Below are positions 30,352 through 40,689 of a DNA stretch of 64,000 nucleotides, one piece after another; the stretch's first letter is position 1, and each line of letters starts with the position of its first letter. Where the stretch lies: positions 384,001-448,000 of the forward strand of contig CAXXXF010000015.1 in the NCBI GenBank assembly GCA_963667175.2, read 5' to 3'. The DNA is from Candidatus Latescibacterota bacterium (GTDB lineage Bacteria; Latescibacterota; UBA2968; GCA-2709665). The position numbers and the translations under genes were made by a program. The notes beneath the pieces are model-generated. The model saw only the letters and a program-made list of their open reading frames with translations. It was not told the origin of the DNA and ran no database searches.

Positions 30352-31281
30352 ATGCCGGTTTTGAAAATCGCGCTGCCGTCCGGCAGCCTCCGGGATGCCA
30401 CCCTCGATCTGTTCGCGAACGCCGGCTATCGCATTCTCGCCAACCACAGGTCCTACACGCCGTCGATCGACGATCCGGACCTGGAGGGCCTGTTCCTGCG
30501 CGCGCAGGAAATCGCCCATTACGTGGAGCGGGGCGTGCTCGACGTCGGCCTGACCGGCAAAGACTGGATCCTGGAGAACGACGCAGACGTTGTCGAGGTT
30601 GCGGAACTCCCGTACAGCAAATCCACCGCGCGGTCTGCGCGCTGGGTCATCGCCGTGCCGGAGGAATCTCCGGTTCGCGCGGTGAACGACCTCCAGGGGA
30701 AGCGCATTGCGACCGAACTGGTCAACGTGACCCGGAGATTTCTCCGGGAACGGGGCGTACAGGCCGAGGTGGAGTTCTCCTGGGGGTCCACGGAAGCCAA
30801 GGTCCGCACGGCGGGCGTGCCGCACGGCAGGGAAAACGCGGAGGACGACAGGCCCTACGAGCCGGGGCTGGTGGACGCCATTGTGGAACTCACCGAAACC
30901 GGCTCTTCGATCCGGGCCAACAAGCTTCGGGTCGTGGACGACCTGCTGGAAACCACCCCCCGCTTCATTGCCAACAAGAGCGCGTGGGACGACCCCTGGA
31001 AACGGGAAAAAGCGCAGAACGTCGCCACGCTGCTGGTGGGCGCCTTCCAGGCGGAAGACAAGGTGGGCCTCAAGATGAACGTCCGCCGCAAAGACCTGGA
31101 TGCGGTTGTCGGGCTGCTTCCGGCGCTGAACAACCCCACCGTCTCGAATCTGCTGGACGGCGACTGGGTGGCCGTGGAGGTCGTCGTTGACGAACGCGTC
31201 GTGCGCGACACGGTGCCGCTGCTGAAGAACAAGGGCGCCGAAGGCATTATCGAATACCCTTTGAACAAAGTGATCTACTGA
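30352..31281 (+). CDS. hisG: ATP phosphoribosyltransferase (long form)
   Basis: LKIALPSGSL, RAQEI, DVGLTGKDW, RIATE, ETGSSIRANKL, C-terminal regulatory domain. Confidence 0.95.
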   Translation: MPVLKIALPSGSLRDATLDLFANAGYRILANHRSYTPSIDDPDLEGLFLRAQEIAHYVERGVLDVGLTGKDWILENDADVVEVAELPYSKSTARSARWVIAVPEESPVRAVNDLQGKRIATELVNVTRRFLRERGVQAEVEFSWGSTEAKVRTAGVPHGRENAEDDRPYEPGLVDAIVELTETGSSIRANKLRVVDDLLETTPRFIANKSAWDDPWKREKAQNVATLLVGAFQAEDKVGLKMNVRRKDLDAVVGLLPALNNPTVSNLLDGDWVAVEVVVDERVVRDTVPLLKNKGAEGIIEYPLNKVIY

Positions 31282-32576
31282 TGATCGACCTTGTCGTTCA
31301 CGATGCGAAGAATCCGCCCCCGAGACTCCAGGCCATCCTCTCCCGGACCACCGATTTCGAGCCCGATTTGCTGGCCTCGGCGCAGGAGGTCGTCCGGGAC
31401 GTGAGAGAACGCGGGGACGACGCGGTCCTGGAATATACCCGGCAATTCGACGGCGTGGAACTCGACGCGGGCCGGATGCGGGTGACCGGGGCGGAAATCG
31501 AAGCCGCTTACCGCGGCACGGACCCGGACCTGATCAGGACCATCACCGCCGCGGCGGACAACATCCGGCGGTTTCACGAGGCGCAAAGGCAGACGTCCTG
31601 GTTCATCGAAGACGGCGACGGCGTGGTGCTCGGCAGACGCGTGCTCCCCATCGAGCAGGTCGGCATTCTCATCCCCGGCGCCAGCGCTCCGCTTTTCTCC
31701 ACGCTTTTGATGGCCGCCATTCCCGCCGGAATCGCGGGCGTGACGCGAATCTGCATGGCCACGCCCCCGCGGCCGGACGGGTCCGTGCATCCCGCCGTAC
31801 TCGCGGCCGCGCAACTCGTGGGCGTCAAAGAAATCTACCGGGTTTTCGGCGCCCAGGCCGTTGCCGCCATGGCCTACGGCACCGCCTCCATCCCCAGGGT
31901 GGACAAACTCGTGGGCCCCGGCCACCCCTCCGTCCAGATCGCCAAAAAGCTGGTCTTCGGGACGGTCGACGTCGACATGGTTGCCGGCCCCAGCGAGATC
32001 GTCGTTCTGGCCGACGAAAGCGCCAACCCGAGACACGTCGCGGCCGACCTGTTGTCCCAGGCCGAGCACGGAAGCGGGTACGAGGCCGCCGTGTGCGTCA
32101 CGCCATGCATCGACCTCGCCAGACGGGTCGCGGACGAAGTCGAACGGCAGGCCGCCCGCCTGGAACGCCGCGACGACGTCCGCAGGGCCCTCCGCAACTT
32201 CGGCGCGGTGGTGGTGGTGAAAGACCTGGACGAGGGCATCGGGCTGGCCAATCGGATCGCCCCGGAACACCTGGAACTCCTGGTGCGCGACCCCTGGGCC
32301 TGCCTGGACGGCGTCCGTCACGCGGGCGCGGTCTTTATGGGCGCCGCCTCGTCCGAACCCGTGGGCGATTATTACGCGGGCGTGAACCACATCCTGCCCA
32401 CCGCCGGCGCCGCGCGCTTCGCCTCGCCCGTGGGCGTGGATACCTTTCTGAAGAGCGCGAGTATCGTCTCCTACACGGACAGGCGCCTGAAGAAGACGGC
32501 GGGCGACATCATCGCCCTGGCCGAAGCCGAGGGACTGGGCGCGCACGCCAGCGCCATCCGCGTCCGGCAGGAATAA
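31281..32576 (+). CDS. hisD: Histidinol dehydrogenase
   Basis: GAQAVAAMAYGT, DMVAGPSE, DLLSQAEH, APEHLEL, GDYYAGVNHILPT. Confidence 0.96.
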   Translation: MIDLVVHDAKNPPPRLQAILSRTTDFEPDLLASAQEVVRDVRERGDDAVLEYTRQFDGVELDAGRMRVTGAEIEAAYRGTDPDLIRTITAAADNIRRFHEAQRQTSWFIEDGDGVVLGRRVLPIEQVGILIPGASAPLFSTLLMAAIPAGIAGVTRICMATPPRPDGSVHPAVLAAAQLVGVKEIYRVFGAQAVAAMAYGTASIPRVDKLVGPGHPSVQIAKKLVFGTVDVDMVAGPSEIVVLADESANPRHVAADLLSQAEHGSGYEAAVCVTPCIDLARRVADEVERQAARLERRDDVRRALRNFGAVVVVKDLDEGIGLANRIAPEHLELLVRDPWACLDGVRHAGAVFMGAASSEPVGDYYAGVNHILPTAGAARFASPVGVDTFLKSASIVSYTDRRLKKTAGDIIALAEAEGLGAHASAIRVRQE

Positions 32577-32579
32577 CGC

Positions 32580-33659
32580 ATGATCGATCCACCCCTGCAG
32601 CGCATCAAACCGGAAGTCCGTTCGGCGGACGGGTACCACCTGGCCCACCACGACTGTCCGGTAAAGTTGAATCAGAACGAAAGCCCGTTCGACGTTCCGG
32701 ACGATCTGAAAGACGAGATCCTGGAAGCCGTCCGGCAACGGCCCTGGTTCCGCTACCCGCAGCCGATGGAGATGGACCTGGTGGAAGCCCTGGCCGGCTA
32801 CGCCGGCTGGCGCCCGGACGGGCTGATCGTGTGCAACGGCTCCAACACCCTGGTGCAGCTGGTCCTGGCCGTCAGCACCTCCCCCGGCGCGGCCGTGGTG
32901 GTCCCCTCCCCGGGTTTCTCGCTGTACGGGCTCTACGCCGGCTTTTTCGGGGGTCGGGTGATTCCGGCGGACCTCAGCGTGGACCATACGTTCGATCTCC
33001 CGGCGATCCGGGAGGCCGTCCGGCGGGAATCGGCAAACATGGTCGTTTTGGGCTCGCCCAACAACCCCACCGGCTGTGTCGTATCCAATGCGGACCTGGA
33101 AGCCCTGCTCGGTGAGACGGACGCGCTGGTGATGGTGGACGAAGCCTATGCCGAGTTCAGCGACGAGACCGCGCGGGACCTGATCGGGGAATACGCCAAC
33201 CTCATCGTGTTGAAGACCTTCTCGAAAGCCCTGGGCGCCGCCGGCATCCGCATCGGCTACCTGATGGCGCACCCGGACGTTGCGGGAGAGGTCCTGAAAG
33301 CCAAGGTCCCGTTCGACGTCAACGTGTTCTCCCATACCGCGGCGCTGCGCATTCTGAAACACGCTCGCCTGATCCGGGAACGCGTGGGGATGATCCGAAA
33401 CGAACGCGGGCGCGTGTTCGCGGCGCTGCGGAAAATCGACGGCGTACGCCCCTACCCGTCGCATGCCAACTTCATCCTCTTCGAAGTCCGCAACCCGGTC
33501 CGGGTCTTCGACGGGCTGATCGAACGAGGCATCCTCATCCGCAACGTGACCGCCTATCCGAGGCTGGAAAACGCCCTGCGCGTCAGCATTGGCACGGTTG
33601 AGGAAAACACCCTGTTTCTGAACGCGCTGGAACGGACACTCGACGATTCGCGAGTATAA
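32580..33659 (+). CDS. hisC: Histidinol-phosphate aminotransferase
   Basis: KLNQNESP, PNNPTG, VDEAYAEF, KTFSKA.G.AG.RIGY. Confidence 0.95.
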   Translation: MIDPPLQRIKPEVRSADGYHLAHHDCPVKLNQNESPFDVPDDLKDEILEAVRQRPWFRYPQPMEMDLVEALAGYAGWRPDGLIVCNGSNTLVQLVLAVSTSPGAAVVVPSPGFSLYGLYAGFFGGRVIPADLSVDHTFDLPAIREAVRRESANMVVLGSPNNPTGCVVSNADLEALLGETDALVMVDEAYAEFSDETARDLIGEYANLIVLKTFSKALGAAGIRIGYLMAHPDVAGEVLKAKVPFDVNVFSHTAALRILKHARLIRERVGMIRNERGRVFAALRKIDGVRPYPSHANFILFEVRNPVRVFDGLIERGILIRNVTAYPRLENALRVSIGTVEENTLFLNALERTLDDSRV

Positions 33660-33907
33660 CGGGTAACCGGTTCAAACCATAAACAAGAACCAACCTCAAT
33701 TGGAAAAAAGACAACCGTTAGCACAAAAAGCACAAAAGGCCTGCCTGCAGCGCCTGTCTGCGTGCGTACACGCACAGGCAGGCAGGGCACTGCGCAGGCA
33801 GGCACAAAGGGGATCGCTACGAACCGGCGTGTGTCGTAAAGCCGTGGCCCCGCAGGTATCTCCTTCTCTTTCGGTTATTCACCCTTTTACAGGATAGGGC
33901 AACCCCC

Positions 33908-34501
33908 ATGCCGGTCCTTCGCACCGCCCGCGTCCAACGCAAGACGTCTGAAACCGACGTCGACCTCACGCTGAACCTGGACGGTTCGGGCGACGGCCGG
34001 CTGGAAACGGGCATCGGCTTTTTCGACCACATGCTCAACGCCTTCGCCCGGCACGGCGGATTCGACCTGGACGTGGCCTGCCGGGGCGACCTGGACGTGG
34101 ACGCGCACCATACCGTTGAAGACGTGGGCATCTGTCTCGGCCGGGCGTTTTCGGATGCGCTGGGCGACAAGGCCGGCATCACGCGTTTCGGACACAGTTT
34201 CGTGCCCATGGACGAAGCCCTGGCGCGCGCGGCCGTCGACCTTTCGGGGCGGCCCTTCCTGGTCTACAATGCCGATCTGCCCGACGAGATGGTCGGCGCG
34301 TATCCGACGGCGATGAGCCCGGAGTTCTTCCGGTCCCTCGCGGACCACGGGCGCCTGAACGCGCACGTCGACCTGATCCGCGGGACAAATGCCCACCACG
34401 CCACCGAAGCCGTCTTCAAGGCCGTCGGCCGGGCGCTCCGCCAGGCCTGCGCGCAGGACCCCGGCGTTGTGGGAATTCCTTCGACCAAGGGCGTGCTGTA
34501 G
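33908..34501 (+). CDS. hisB: Imidazoleglycerol-phosphate dehydratase
   Basis: TGIGFFDHML, DAHHTVED, PMDEAL, NAHHATEAVFKA, PSTKG. Confidence 0.96.
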   Translation: MPVLRTARVQRKTSETDVDLTLNLDGSGDGRLETGIGFFDHMLNAFARHGGFDLDVACRGDLDVDAHHTVEDVGICLGRAFSDALGDKAGITRFGHSFVPMDEALARAAVDLSGRPFLVYNADLPDEMVGAYPTAMSPEFFRSLADHGRLNAHVDLIRGTNAHHATEAVFKAVGRALRQACAQDPGVVGIPSTKGVL

Positions 34502-34527
34502 GTCCGCCCGCCCGAACCGGGTTCCGC

Positions 34528-35133
34528 ATGACTGTTGACAGGGCGTCGCCCGCGACCTCCCGATTCGATCCGGATTCCGCGGGCAGGAAGGTCATTACGC
34601 TGGAACAGGCCCGGCGGGTCCGGCGGCGCCTGAGACAGAACCGCGCCTCGCTGGTTTTCACGAACGGGTGCTTCGACCTGATCCATCCCGGCCACGTCGC
34701 CTACCTGCAGCGGGCCCGCTCGCTGGGCGATGCGCTCCTCCTGGGCCTCAACAGCGACGATTCCGTGCGGCGCATCAAGGGCCGGGGCCGTCCGATTCTC
34801 TCGGTCGAGGAACGTGCCGCCGTGCTGGCGGGCCTGGAAGCCGTGGACTACATCTGCGTGTTCGAAGAGGATACCCCGCACACGATCGTCCGGGAACTCC
34901 TGCCCGACGTCCTCGTCAAGGGCGGGGACTATTCGCCGGACCGGATCGTCGCCCGCGAGGTGGTCGAAGACGCCGGGGGGCGCGCGGCCATTGTGTCCAC
35001 CGCGTTCGACACCTCCACTTCGTCCATCATCAGACGCGTCGTGGAGGCCGTGGGAACCTCTCCCTCCCGGGCCGGACAACAATCATCTCACACAAAGACA
35101 CGAAGACACAAAGGAAACCCGGAAACGACCTGA
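34528..35133 (+). CDS. RfaE domain II-type (heptose-1-phosphate) nucleotidyltransferase
   Basis: FTNGCFDLIHPGH, LNSDDSV, KGGDY, STSSII. Confidence 0.88.
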   Translation: MTVDRASPATSRFDPDSAGRKVITLEQARRVRRRLRQNRASLVFTNGCFDLIHPGHVAYLQRARSLGDALLLGLNSDDSVRRIKGRGRPILSVEERAAVLAGLEAVDYICVFEEDTPHTIVRELLPDVLVKGGDYSPDRIVAREVVEDAGGRAAIVSTAFDTSTSSIIRRVVEAVGTSPSRAGQQSSHTKTRRHKGNPETT

Positions 35134-35226
35134 AGGCGGGCATTCTGACAAGCTTACTTCGGCAAGCTCAATGCAAGCGGCACAGGCAATGACCAGGTTT
35201 CTCCTGACGGTTCACCCGGGCTCGCC

Positions 35227-36336
35227 ATGAAAATCCTCCACACCATCTACGACGACGTGGAGAATCCCTGGTGCGGAGGCGGCGGCGCGGTGCGGGCCGT
35301 GGAAATCAACCGCCGCCTGGCCGCCAGACACGACGTCACGCTCCTGACGGGAAACTTTCCAGGGGCCGCGCGGGAGGAAGACCGTGACGGGTTCCGGTTA
35401 CGCCGGGTGGGGACGAGCCGGAACTATTGGCTCAGCCGCCTGAGCTTTTCGGCGCTGGCGTCCCGGGCGCTGGCGTCCCGGCCCTTCGACCTCTGGGTGT
35501 ACGACTTTTCCGCGTTCTCGCCCGTCTGCGCCCTTCCCTCCCGTCAGGCGCGGTCGGTGATGGTCTTTCACCATCCCGTATCCGACCACGCCACGCGGAA
35601 ATTTCCCGGCATCGGCATGGCCGCCGCCGCCGCCGAAGGCCTCCACGTCCGGCTGCACCGCCGGATCATCGCGGTTTCCCCAAGTACGGCCCTGCACCTG
35701 GAGAGGCGCGCGCGCCGGAACACGCCCGTCCATACCATCTGCAACGGGGTGCATCATCCGGAAGCGAGGGAGACGCGCGAAGAGGACTATATCCTCTATT
35801 TCGGACGGCTGGATATCTACAATAAGGGCATCGACGTCCTGCTTTCCGCGTTCGCCAGGCTCACACCGGGGCATCCGGACGTCCGCCTGGTCCTGGCGGG
35901 ACGCGGTACCGAGGGGCGCCGGGCCGAACTGGCGGCCATCTCCCGGTCTCTCGGCGTCTCGGACCGCGTGGAGCTGACGGGGCCGGTCCCGGAAGCGGAA
36001 AAATGGAACCTCTACGGCGGCGCGTTGTTCACCTGTCAACCCTCCCGTTACGAAGGCTGGGGCATCGCCGCCATCGAGTCCGGCGCCGCGGGGAAAGCGG
36101 TGATCGGCACGAAGATCCCGGGGCTCGTCGACGCCATCCGACACGGTCGGACCGGCGTACTCGTGCCCGCGGAGGACCCGGACGCCCTCGCGGAGGCCAT
36201 GACTCACCTCCTCGAAAACCCCCGGCGACGCGCGGACCTGGGCCGCAACGGCAGAGCATGGGCCGCCAACTTTTCCTGGGACCGGATCGCCGCCGAACAG
36301 GAGCGGGTCTACGTGCGGTCTCTCCGGGAGCAATGA
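35227..36336 (+). CDS. GT4 glycosyltransferase
   Basis: GRLDIYNKG, PSRYEGWGIAAIE (EX7E), FSWD. Confidence 0.9.
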   Translation: MKILHTIYDDVENPWCGGGGAVRAVEINRRLAARHDVTLLTGNFPGAAREEDRDGFRLRRVGTSRNYWLSRLSFSALASRALASRPFDLWVYDFSAFSPVCALPSRQARSVMVFHHPVSDHATRKFPGIGMAAAAAEGLHVRLHRRIIAVSPSTALHLERRARRNTPVHTICNGVHHPEARETREEDYILYFGRLDIYNKGIDVLLSAFARLTPGHPDVRLVLAGRGTEGRRAELAAISRSLGVSDRVELTGPVPEAEKWNLYGGALFTCQPSRYEGWGIAAIESGAAGKAVIGTKIPGLVDAIRHGRTGVLVPAEDPDALAEAMTHLLENPRRRADLGRNGRAWAANFSWDRIAAEQERVYVRSLREQ

Positions 36337-36367
36337 GAAGGGCAGGCAGGATTCCGATGACGCAACC

Positions 36368-36396
36368 GTAGGGGCAGGTTTAAAACCTGCCCCTAC
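36368..36396. repeat. GTAG-type REP palindrome
   Basis: GTAGGGGCAGGTTTAAAACCTGCCCCTAC. A second, near-identical copy lies at 48483-48507. Confidence 0.8.
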
Positions 36397-36442
36397 ATCC
36401 CAGTTCCACCTTCACGACTGAATTCGCCGGGTTCACACGCAC

Positions 36443-37639
36443 ATGACCACCGAATACTCAACTGACGTCTGCATTGTCGGCGGGGCCGGGCGCGTGGGCC
36501 TGCCCCTGGCGCTGACCTTCGCCGACGTGGGCTTTCGCGTTGTCGTCTGCGACGTCAACGAGGCATCCCTGAGGATGATCCGCGACGGGCAGATGCCGTT
36601 CGCCGAAAAGGGCGCCGGCGATCTGCTCGCCCGGGCGCTCGCGGAAGGCCGGCTGGGTGTGTCGTCGGAACCGGCGTCCGCGGCCGACGCGGCCACCGTG
36701 ATCGTGACCATCGGCACGCCCGCGGACGAGTTGGAGAAACCGATTCTCTCCACCTTCAAGAGCCTCGCGGACGACTTGCTTCCGCACCTGTCGGACGATC
36801 AGCTCGTCGTCCTTCGGTCCACGGTTTCCCCCGGAACCACGGACTGGCTGTACGACTACCTGCGCGCCAACGGCAGAAATCCGAGGGTTTCCTTCTGCCC
36901 CGAACGCATCGTCCAGGGCAAGGCCATCGAAGAAATCCGGTTGCTGACCCAGATCGTCAGCGGTACCACGCCGGAAGCGGAATGGAAAGCGGCGGCCCTC
37001 TTCGAGCGGATCTCCCCCCGGATCGTCCGCCTGACGCCCATCGAAGCCGAATTCGCGAAGCTGTTCAGCAACGCGTACCGGTACATTCAGTTCGCAACCG
37101 CGAACCAGTTCCATATGATCGCGAACGCCGCGGGCGTGGACTACAGCCGGGTGCTCGAAGGCATGAAAAGAGACTATCCCCGGGCGCGGGACATCCCCCC
37201 GGCGGGGTTCGCGGCGGGCCCGTGCCTGCTGAAGGACACCATGCAGCTGGCCGCGTTCGCCAGCGACGGTTTCACGTTGGGACAGGCGGCCATGAACGTC
37301 AACCAGGGCCTGGTGAACCACCTCGTCGAGGAGGCGCGGAACCGTTACGGAGACCTGAGCCGCCTCCGCGTCGGCCTGCTTGGCATGGCCTTCAAGGCGG
37401 ACAGCGACGACGTCCGGTTTTCGCTGAGCTACAAATTAAAGGACGTCCTGGCCTTCCGCGCCAGGGAGGTGCTGACCACGGACCCGTACGTGACCTCGGA
37501 CCCGAACCTTCTGCCCATCCGGGAAGTGCTGGAAAGAAGCGATCTGCTGGTCCTCTGCGTGCCGCACAGCGCGTACCGGCGCCTGGACCTCAAAAACAAG
37601 CCGGTCCTGGACGTCTGGGGGTTTCTGAACCTTGAGTAA
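36443..37639 (+). CDS. Nucleotide-sugar dehydrogenase (UDP-Glc/GDP-Man/UDP-ManNAc family)
   Basis: GGAGRVGLP, LRSTV.PGT, CPER, AEFAKL, GPCL.KD, GMAFK. Confidence 0.9.
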   Translation: MTTEYSTDVCIVGGAGRVGLPLALTFADVGFRVVVCDVNEASLRMIRDGQMPFAEKGAGDLLARALAEGRLGVSSEPASAADAATVIVTIGTPADELEKPILSTFKSLADDLLPHLSDDQLVVLRSTVSPGTTDWLYDYLRANGRNPRVSFCPERIVQGKAIEEIRLLTQIVSGTTPEAEWKAAALFERISPRIVRLTPIEAEFAKLFSNAYRYIQFATANQFHMIANAAGVDYSRVLEGMKRDYPRARDIPPAGFAAGPCLLKDTMQLAAFASDGFTLGQAAMNVNQGLVNHLVEEARNRYGDLSRLRVGLLGMAFKADSDDVRFSLSYKLKDVLAFRAREVLTTDPYVTSDPNLLPIREVLERSDLLVLCVPHSAYRRLDLKNKPVLDVWGFLNLE

Positions 37640-38600
37640 GCTCTACCTGGTCACGGGCGGCGCGGGATTCATCGGCTCTTCTCTGGTACGGCGCCTGCTC
37701 CAGGACGGCCACAACGTCCGGGTTCTCGACAACCAGTCCAGGGGGCGCGTCGACCGTCTGGCGGACCTCCGGGACCACGTGGAATTCATCGCGGCGGACG
37801 TTCGGGACGCGGATGCCGTTCGTCAGGCCGCGCGGGGCGTGGACAGCCTGTGCCACCTGGCCTCGGTCAACGGCACCGAATGGTTCTACAGCAAGCCGGA
37901 AGTCGTCCTCGACGTGGGCGTGAAGGGAATTGTGAATACCATCGACGCATGCCTGGAACACAACGTTCCGGAATTCGTCCTGGCTTCCAGTTCCGAGGTG
38001 TACCAGACGCCCCCTGCCGTTCCCACGGACGAGACCGCGCCCCTGTCCGTTCCCGACCCGCTGAACCCCCGGTTTTCCTACGGCGGCGCCAAGATCGTCA
38101 GCGAACTCATCGCCTTGAATTACGGCCGCCGCCACCTGGAGCGCGTGCTGGTGTTTCGCCCGCACAACGTGTACGGACCCGACATGGGCCGGGAGCACGT
38201 GATCCCGCAGTTCATTCTCCGGGCCGGCGCCCTCGCGGCGGAACGCCCGGAAGGCGTGATCCGGTTTCCGATACAGGGCGACGGTTCGCAGACCCGCGTC
38301 TTCGTCCACGTCGACGATTTCACCGACGGGCTGGCCGCCATCCTGGAAAAGGGCGCCCACCTCAACGTCTACCACGTCGGCAGCGACAACGAAGTCACCA
38401 TCCGGCGGCTGGCCGAGCTGATTTTCAGCCACCTCGGCCGGGAGTTCGAAATCGTCTCCGGGCCGGCGCCGGAGGGCAGTCCACAGAGAAGGCGCCCCGA
38501 TATCCGCAAACTCAGGGCCCTCGGGTACCGGCCCCGCGTTACACTCCGCGACGGGCTGGCCGGCGTCATCGACTGGTACCTGGAGACCCCGCCCAGTTGA
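37632..38600 (+). CDS. NAD-dependent epimerase/dehydratase (SDR)
   Basis: TGGAGFIG, ASSSEVY, SYGGAK, HNVYGP. Confidence 0.9.
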   Translation: MSKLYLVTGGAGFIGSSLVRRLLQDGHNVRVLDNQSRGRVDRLADLRDHVEFIAADVRDADAVRQAARGVDSLCHLASVNGTEWFYSKPEVVLDVGVKGIVNTIDACLEHNVPEFVLASSSEVYQTPPAVPTDETAPLSVPDPLNPRFSYGGAKIVSELIALNYGRRHLERVLVFRPHNVYGPDMGREHVIPQFILRAGALAAERPEGVIRFPIQGDGSQTRVFVHVDDFTDGLAAILEKGAHLNVYHVGSDNEVTIRRLAELIFSHLGREFEIVSGPAPEGSPQRRRPDIRKLRALGYRPRVTLRDGLAGVIDWYLETPPS

Positions 38601-38602
38601 GC

Positions 38603-39871
38603 ATGATCCAAGGAGCAGGCGTGCCGCCCGCGACCTCAAGAAACATCGCGCGATGCCAGATCAGCAACTCCGCGAACCTTGAATCCGTACTCTTTCTGGG
38701 CTTCGTCCCGCCGGTGAACGACATGCAACCGGTCGGCGGACGGCCCGAAGCGCGTTCGATGTACCCCCTGGAACTGCTCTATTGCCCGGATTCGCACCTG
38801 GTGCAGATCGGCTGCGAGGTGGACCCGGAAATCCTGTTTCCGCCGGAATATCCCTACACCAGCGGCGCCACGCGCATTCTCCGTGACAATTTCGCGGACC
38901 TGTACAAGCAGTGCCGGGAACGACTCGGCATCGACGCGTCCTCATTTGTCATCGACGTCGGCTCCAACGACGGGACGCTGCTGGCGAACTTCAGGGACGG
39001 GGGCTGCCGGGTTCTGGGCATCGAGCCCACGGACCGGGCCCGGCTTGCGGACGAGAGAGGCGTCCGCAGCCTCCGGACGTTCTTCTCGAGGGAAACCGCG
39101 CGGGCCGTGTCCGGGAGGTATGGCGCCGCCGACCTCGTGACCGCAACCAACGTGTTCGCGCACATGCCCCGGGTCGACGAGGTCGTCGCCGGGATTCTGG
39201 ACGTCCTGGACGACAGGGGCGTTTTCGTCTCCGAGTCCCACTACCTGCTGGACCTGATCACGACTCTGCAATTCGATACGGTCTATCACGAGCACCTCAG
39301 GTACTACTCGCTGCACAGCCTGCAGTACCTCTTGGAAAAACACGGGCTGGAGATGTTCCACGTCAAGCGCATCCCCACGCACGGGGGCTCCATCCGTGTC
39401 TTCGCCGCGCGGAAGGGACAATACCGCGTGGAACCGTCCGTCCCGTGTCAACTGGAGACCGAAAGACGGGCCGGCCTGCTCGACCCTGAGACGTACCGGC
39501 GCTTCGCCGCGGACGTCATGCGGAGCAAACTCGACCTCATGGGCCTGCTCCGGGACGTCAAGGCCGGCGGGGGCCGCATCTACGGCATCGGCGCTCCCTC
39601 CCGCGCCAGCACCCTCATCGCGTATACCGGTCTCGATCACGAACTTGTCGACTGCGTCATGGAAATCCGGGGCTCGTACAAAATCGGGAAATACATGCCG
39701 GGCACCCGGATCCCCGTGCTCGAAGAGTCCGCACTGTTCAGCGACCAGCCCGAATACGCGCTGCTCTTCTCCTGGCATATCGCCGCGGAACTCATGCCCA
39801 AACTCACCCGCAAGGGGTACCGCGGCGAGTACATCATCCCGCTTCCGTCGCCCGAAATTGCGGCGGGATGA
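38603..39871 (+). CDS. NDP-hexose C-methyltransferase-like SAM methyltransferase
   Basis: IDVGSNDGTLL, NVFAH, FDTVYHEH, THGGS.R, K.GKYMPGTRIP. Confidence 0.85.
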   Translation: MIQGAGVPPATSRNIARCQISNSANLESVLFLGFVPPVNDMQPVGGRPEARSMYPLELLYCPDSHLVQIGCEVDPEILFPPEYPYTSGATRILRDNFADLYKQCRERLGIDASSFVIDVGSNDGTLLANFRDGGCRVLGIEPTDRARLADERGVRSLRTFFSRETARAVSGRYGAADLVTATNVFAHMPRVDEVVAGILDVLDDRGVFVSESHYLLDLITTLQFDTVYHEHLRYYSLHSLQYLLEKHGLEMFHVKRIPTHGGSIRVFAARKGQYRVEPSVPCQLETERRAGLLDPETYRRFAADVMRSKLDLMGLLRDVKAGGGRIYGIGAPSRASTLIAYTGLDHELVDCVMEIRGSYKIGKYMPGTRIPVLEESALFSDQPEYALLFSWHIAAELMPKLTRKGYRGEYIIPLPSPEIAAG

Positions 39872-40662
39872 AGCGCGTTTCCGTGCTCGTACCCAAAGCG
39901 TGGACCCGGACCATGCCCGATCTCGACGTCGTCATCCCCGTGTACAATGAGGGCGCCAACATCCTGAACGTCCTGAACGCGCTGTGCGATTCCACGAAAA
40001 CGTCCTTTCGGGTGCTGATCTGTTACGACGACGACGACGACGACACCCTTCAGGCCCTGAAGGACTTCCAGACTCCCCGGTGCGAGATCGTAAGCGTGCG
40101 GAACCGGGGGACGGGGGCGCACGGGGCCGTCGTGACGGGTTTCCGTGAAGGCGATGCGCCCGCGGCGATCATGTGGCCGGCCGACGACACCTTCAATGCC
40201 GGCATTATCGATGCGATGGTTCGGGAATACCGGAACGGCTGCCACGTCGTCTCCGCCAGCCGGTTTATCGAGGGCGGTTGCATGGTGGGCGCGCCCTGGC
40301 TGAAATCTCTGCTTGTCAGAAGTTCCGCCTTTACCCTTTATTACCTCGCGCGGTTACCCGCCCGGGACGCCAGCAACGGGCTGCGCCTGTTCTCCCGGCG
40401 TCTCCTGGACCGCACCAGGATCGAGTCCTCGGCCGGCTTTGCGTACGGCATCGAACTGCTGGTCAAATGTCACCGGCTCGGCTGGAAGATCGCCGAGGTC
40501 CCCGCGGTATGGTACGAACGGACGACCGGCAGGAGCCGTTTCAGGGTCATCCGCTGGCTTCCGGAATACCTGCGCTGGTATTTCTACGCCTTTGCGACCA
40601 CGTACCTGCGCCGGGGCCCTGAATCCGTCCCCGGAAACGACGGACGCGATCGCCCGACCTGA
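39868..40662 (+). CDS. GT2 glycosyltransferase
   Basis: VVIPVYNE, ADD, ASRF, ERTTGRSRF. Confidence 0.85.
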   Translation: MKRVSVLVPKAWTRTMPDLDVVIPVYNEGANILNVLNALCDSTKTSFRVLICYDDDDDDTLQALKDFQTPRCEIVSVRNRGTGAHGAVVTGFREGDAPAAIMWPADDTFNAGIIDAMVREYRNGCHVVSASRFIEGGCMVGAPWLKSLLVRSSAFTLYYLARLPARDASNGLRLFSRRLLDRTRIESSAGFAYGIELLVKCHRLGWKIAEVPAVWYERTTGRSRFRVIRWLPEYLRWYFYAFATTYLRRGPESVPGNDGRDRPT

Positions 40663-40689
40663 ATCTTTGCAGCCCGTTGGAGACGAATT

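Noticed and set aside
27416-33464. Long opposite-strand ORFs over uvrC and hisDC (685 aa and 729 aa)
   Set aside because: Antisense shadows with no recognisable motifs.
30352-34501. Incomplete his operon as a sign of pathway loss
   Set aside because: Split his operons are common, and hisH/A/F/IE may lie elsewhere in the genome.
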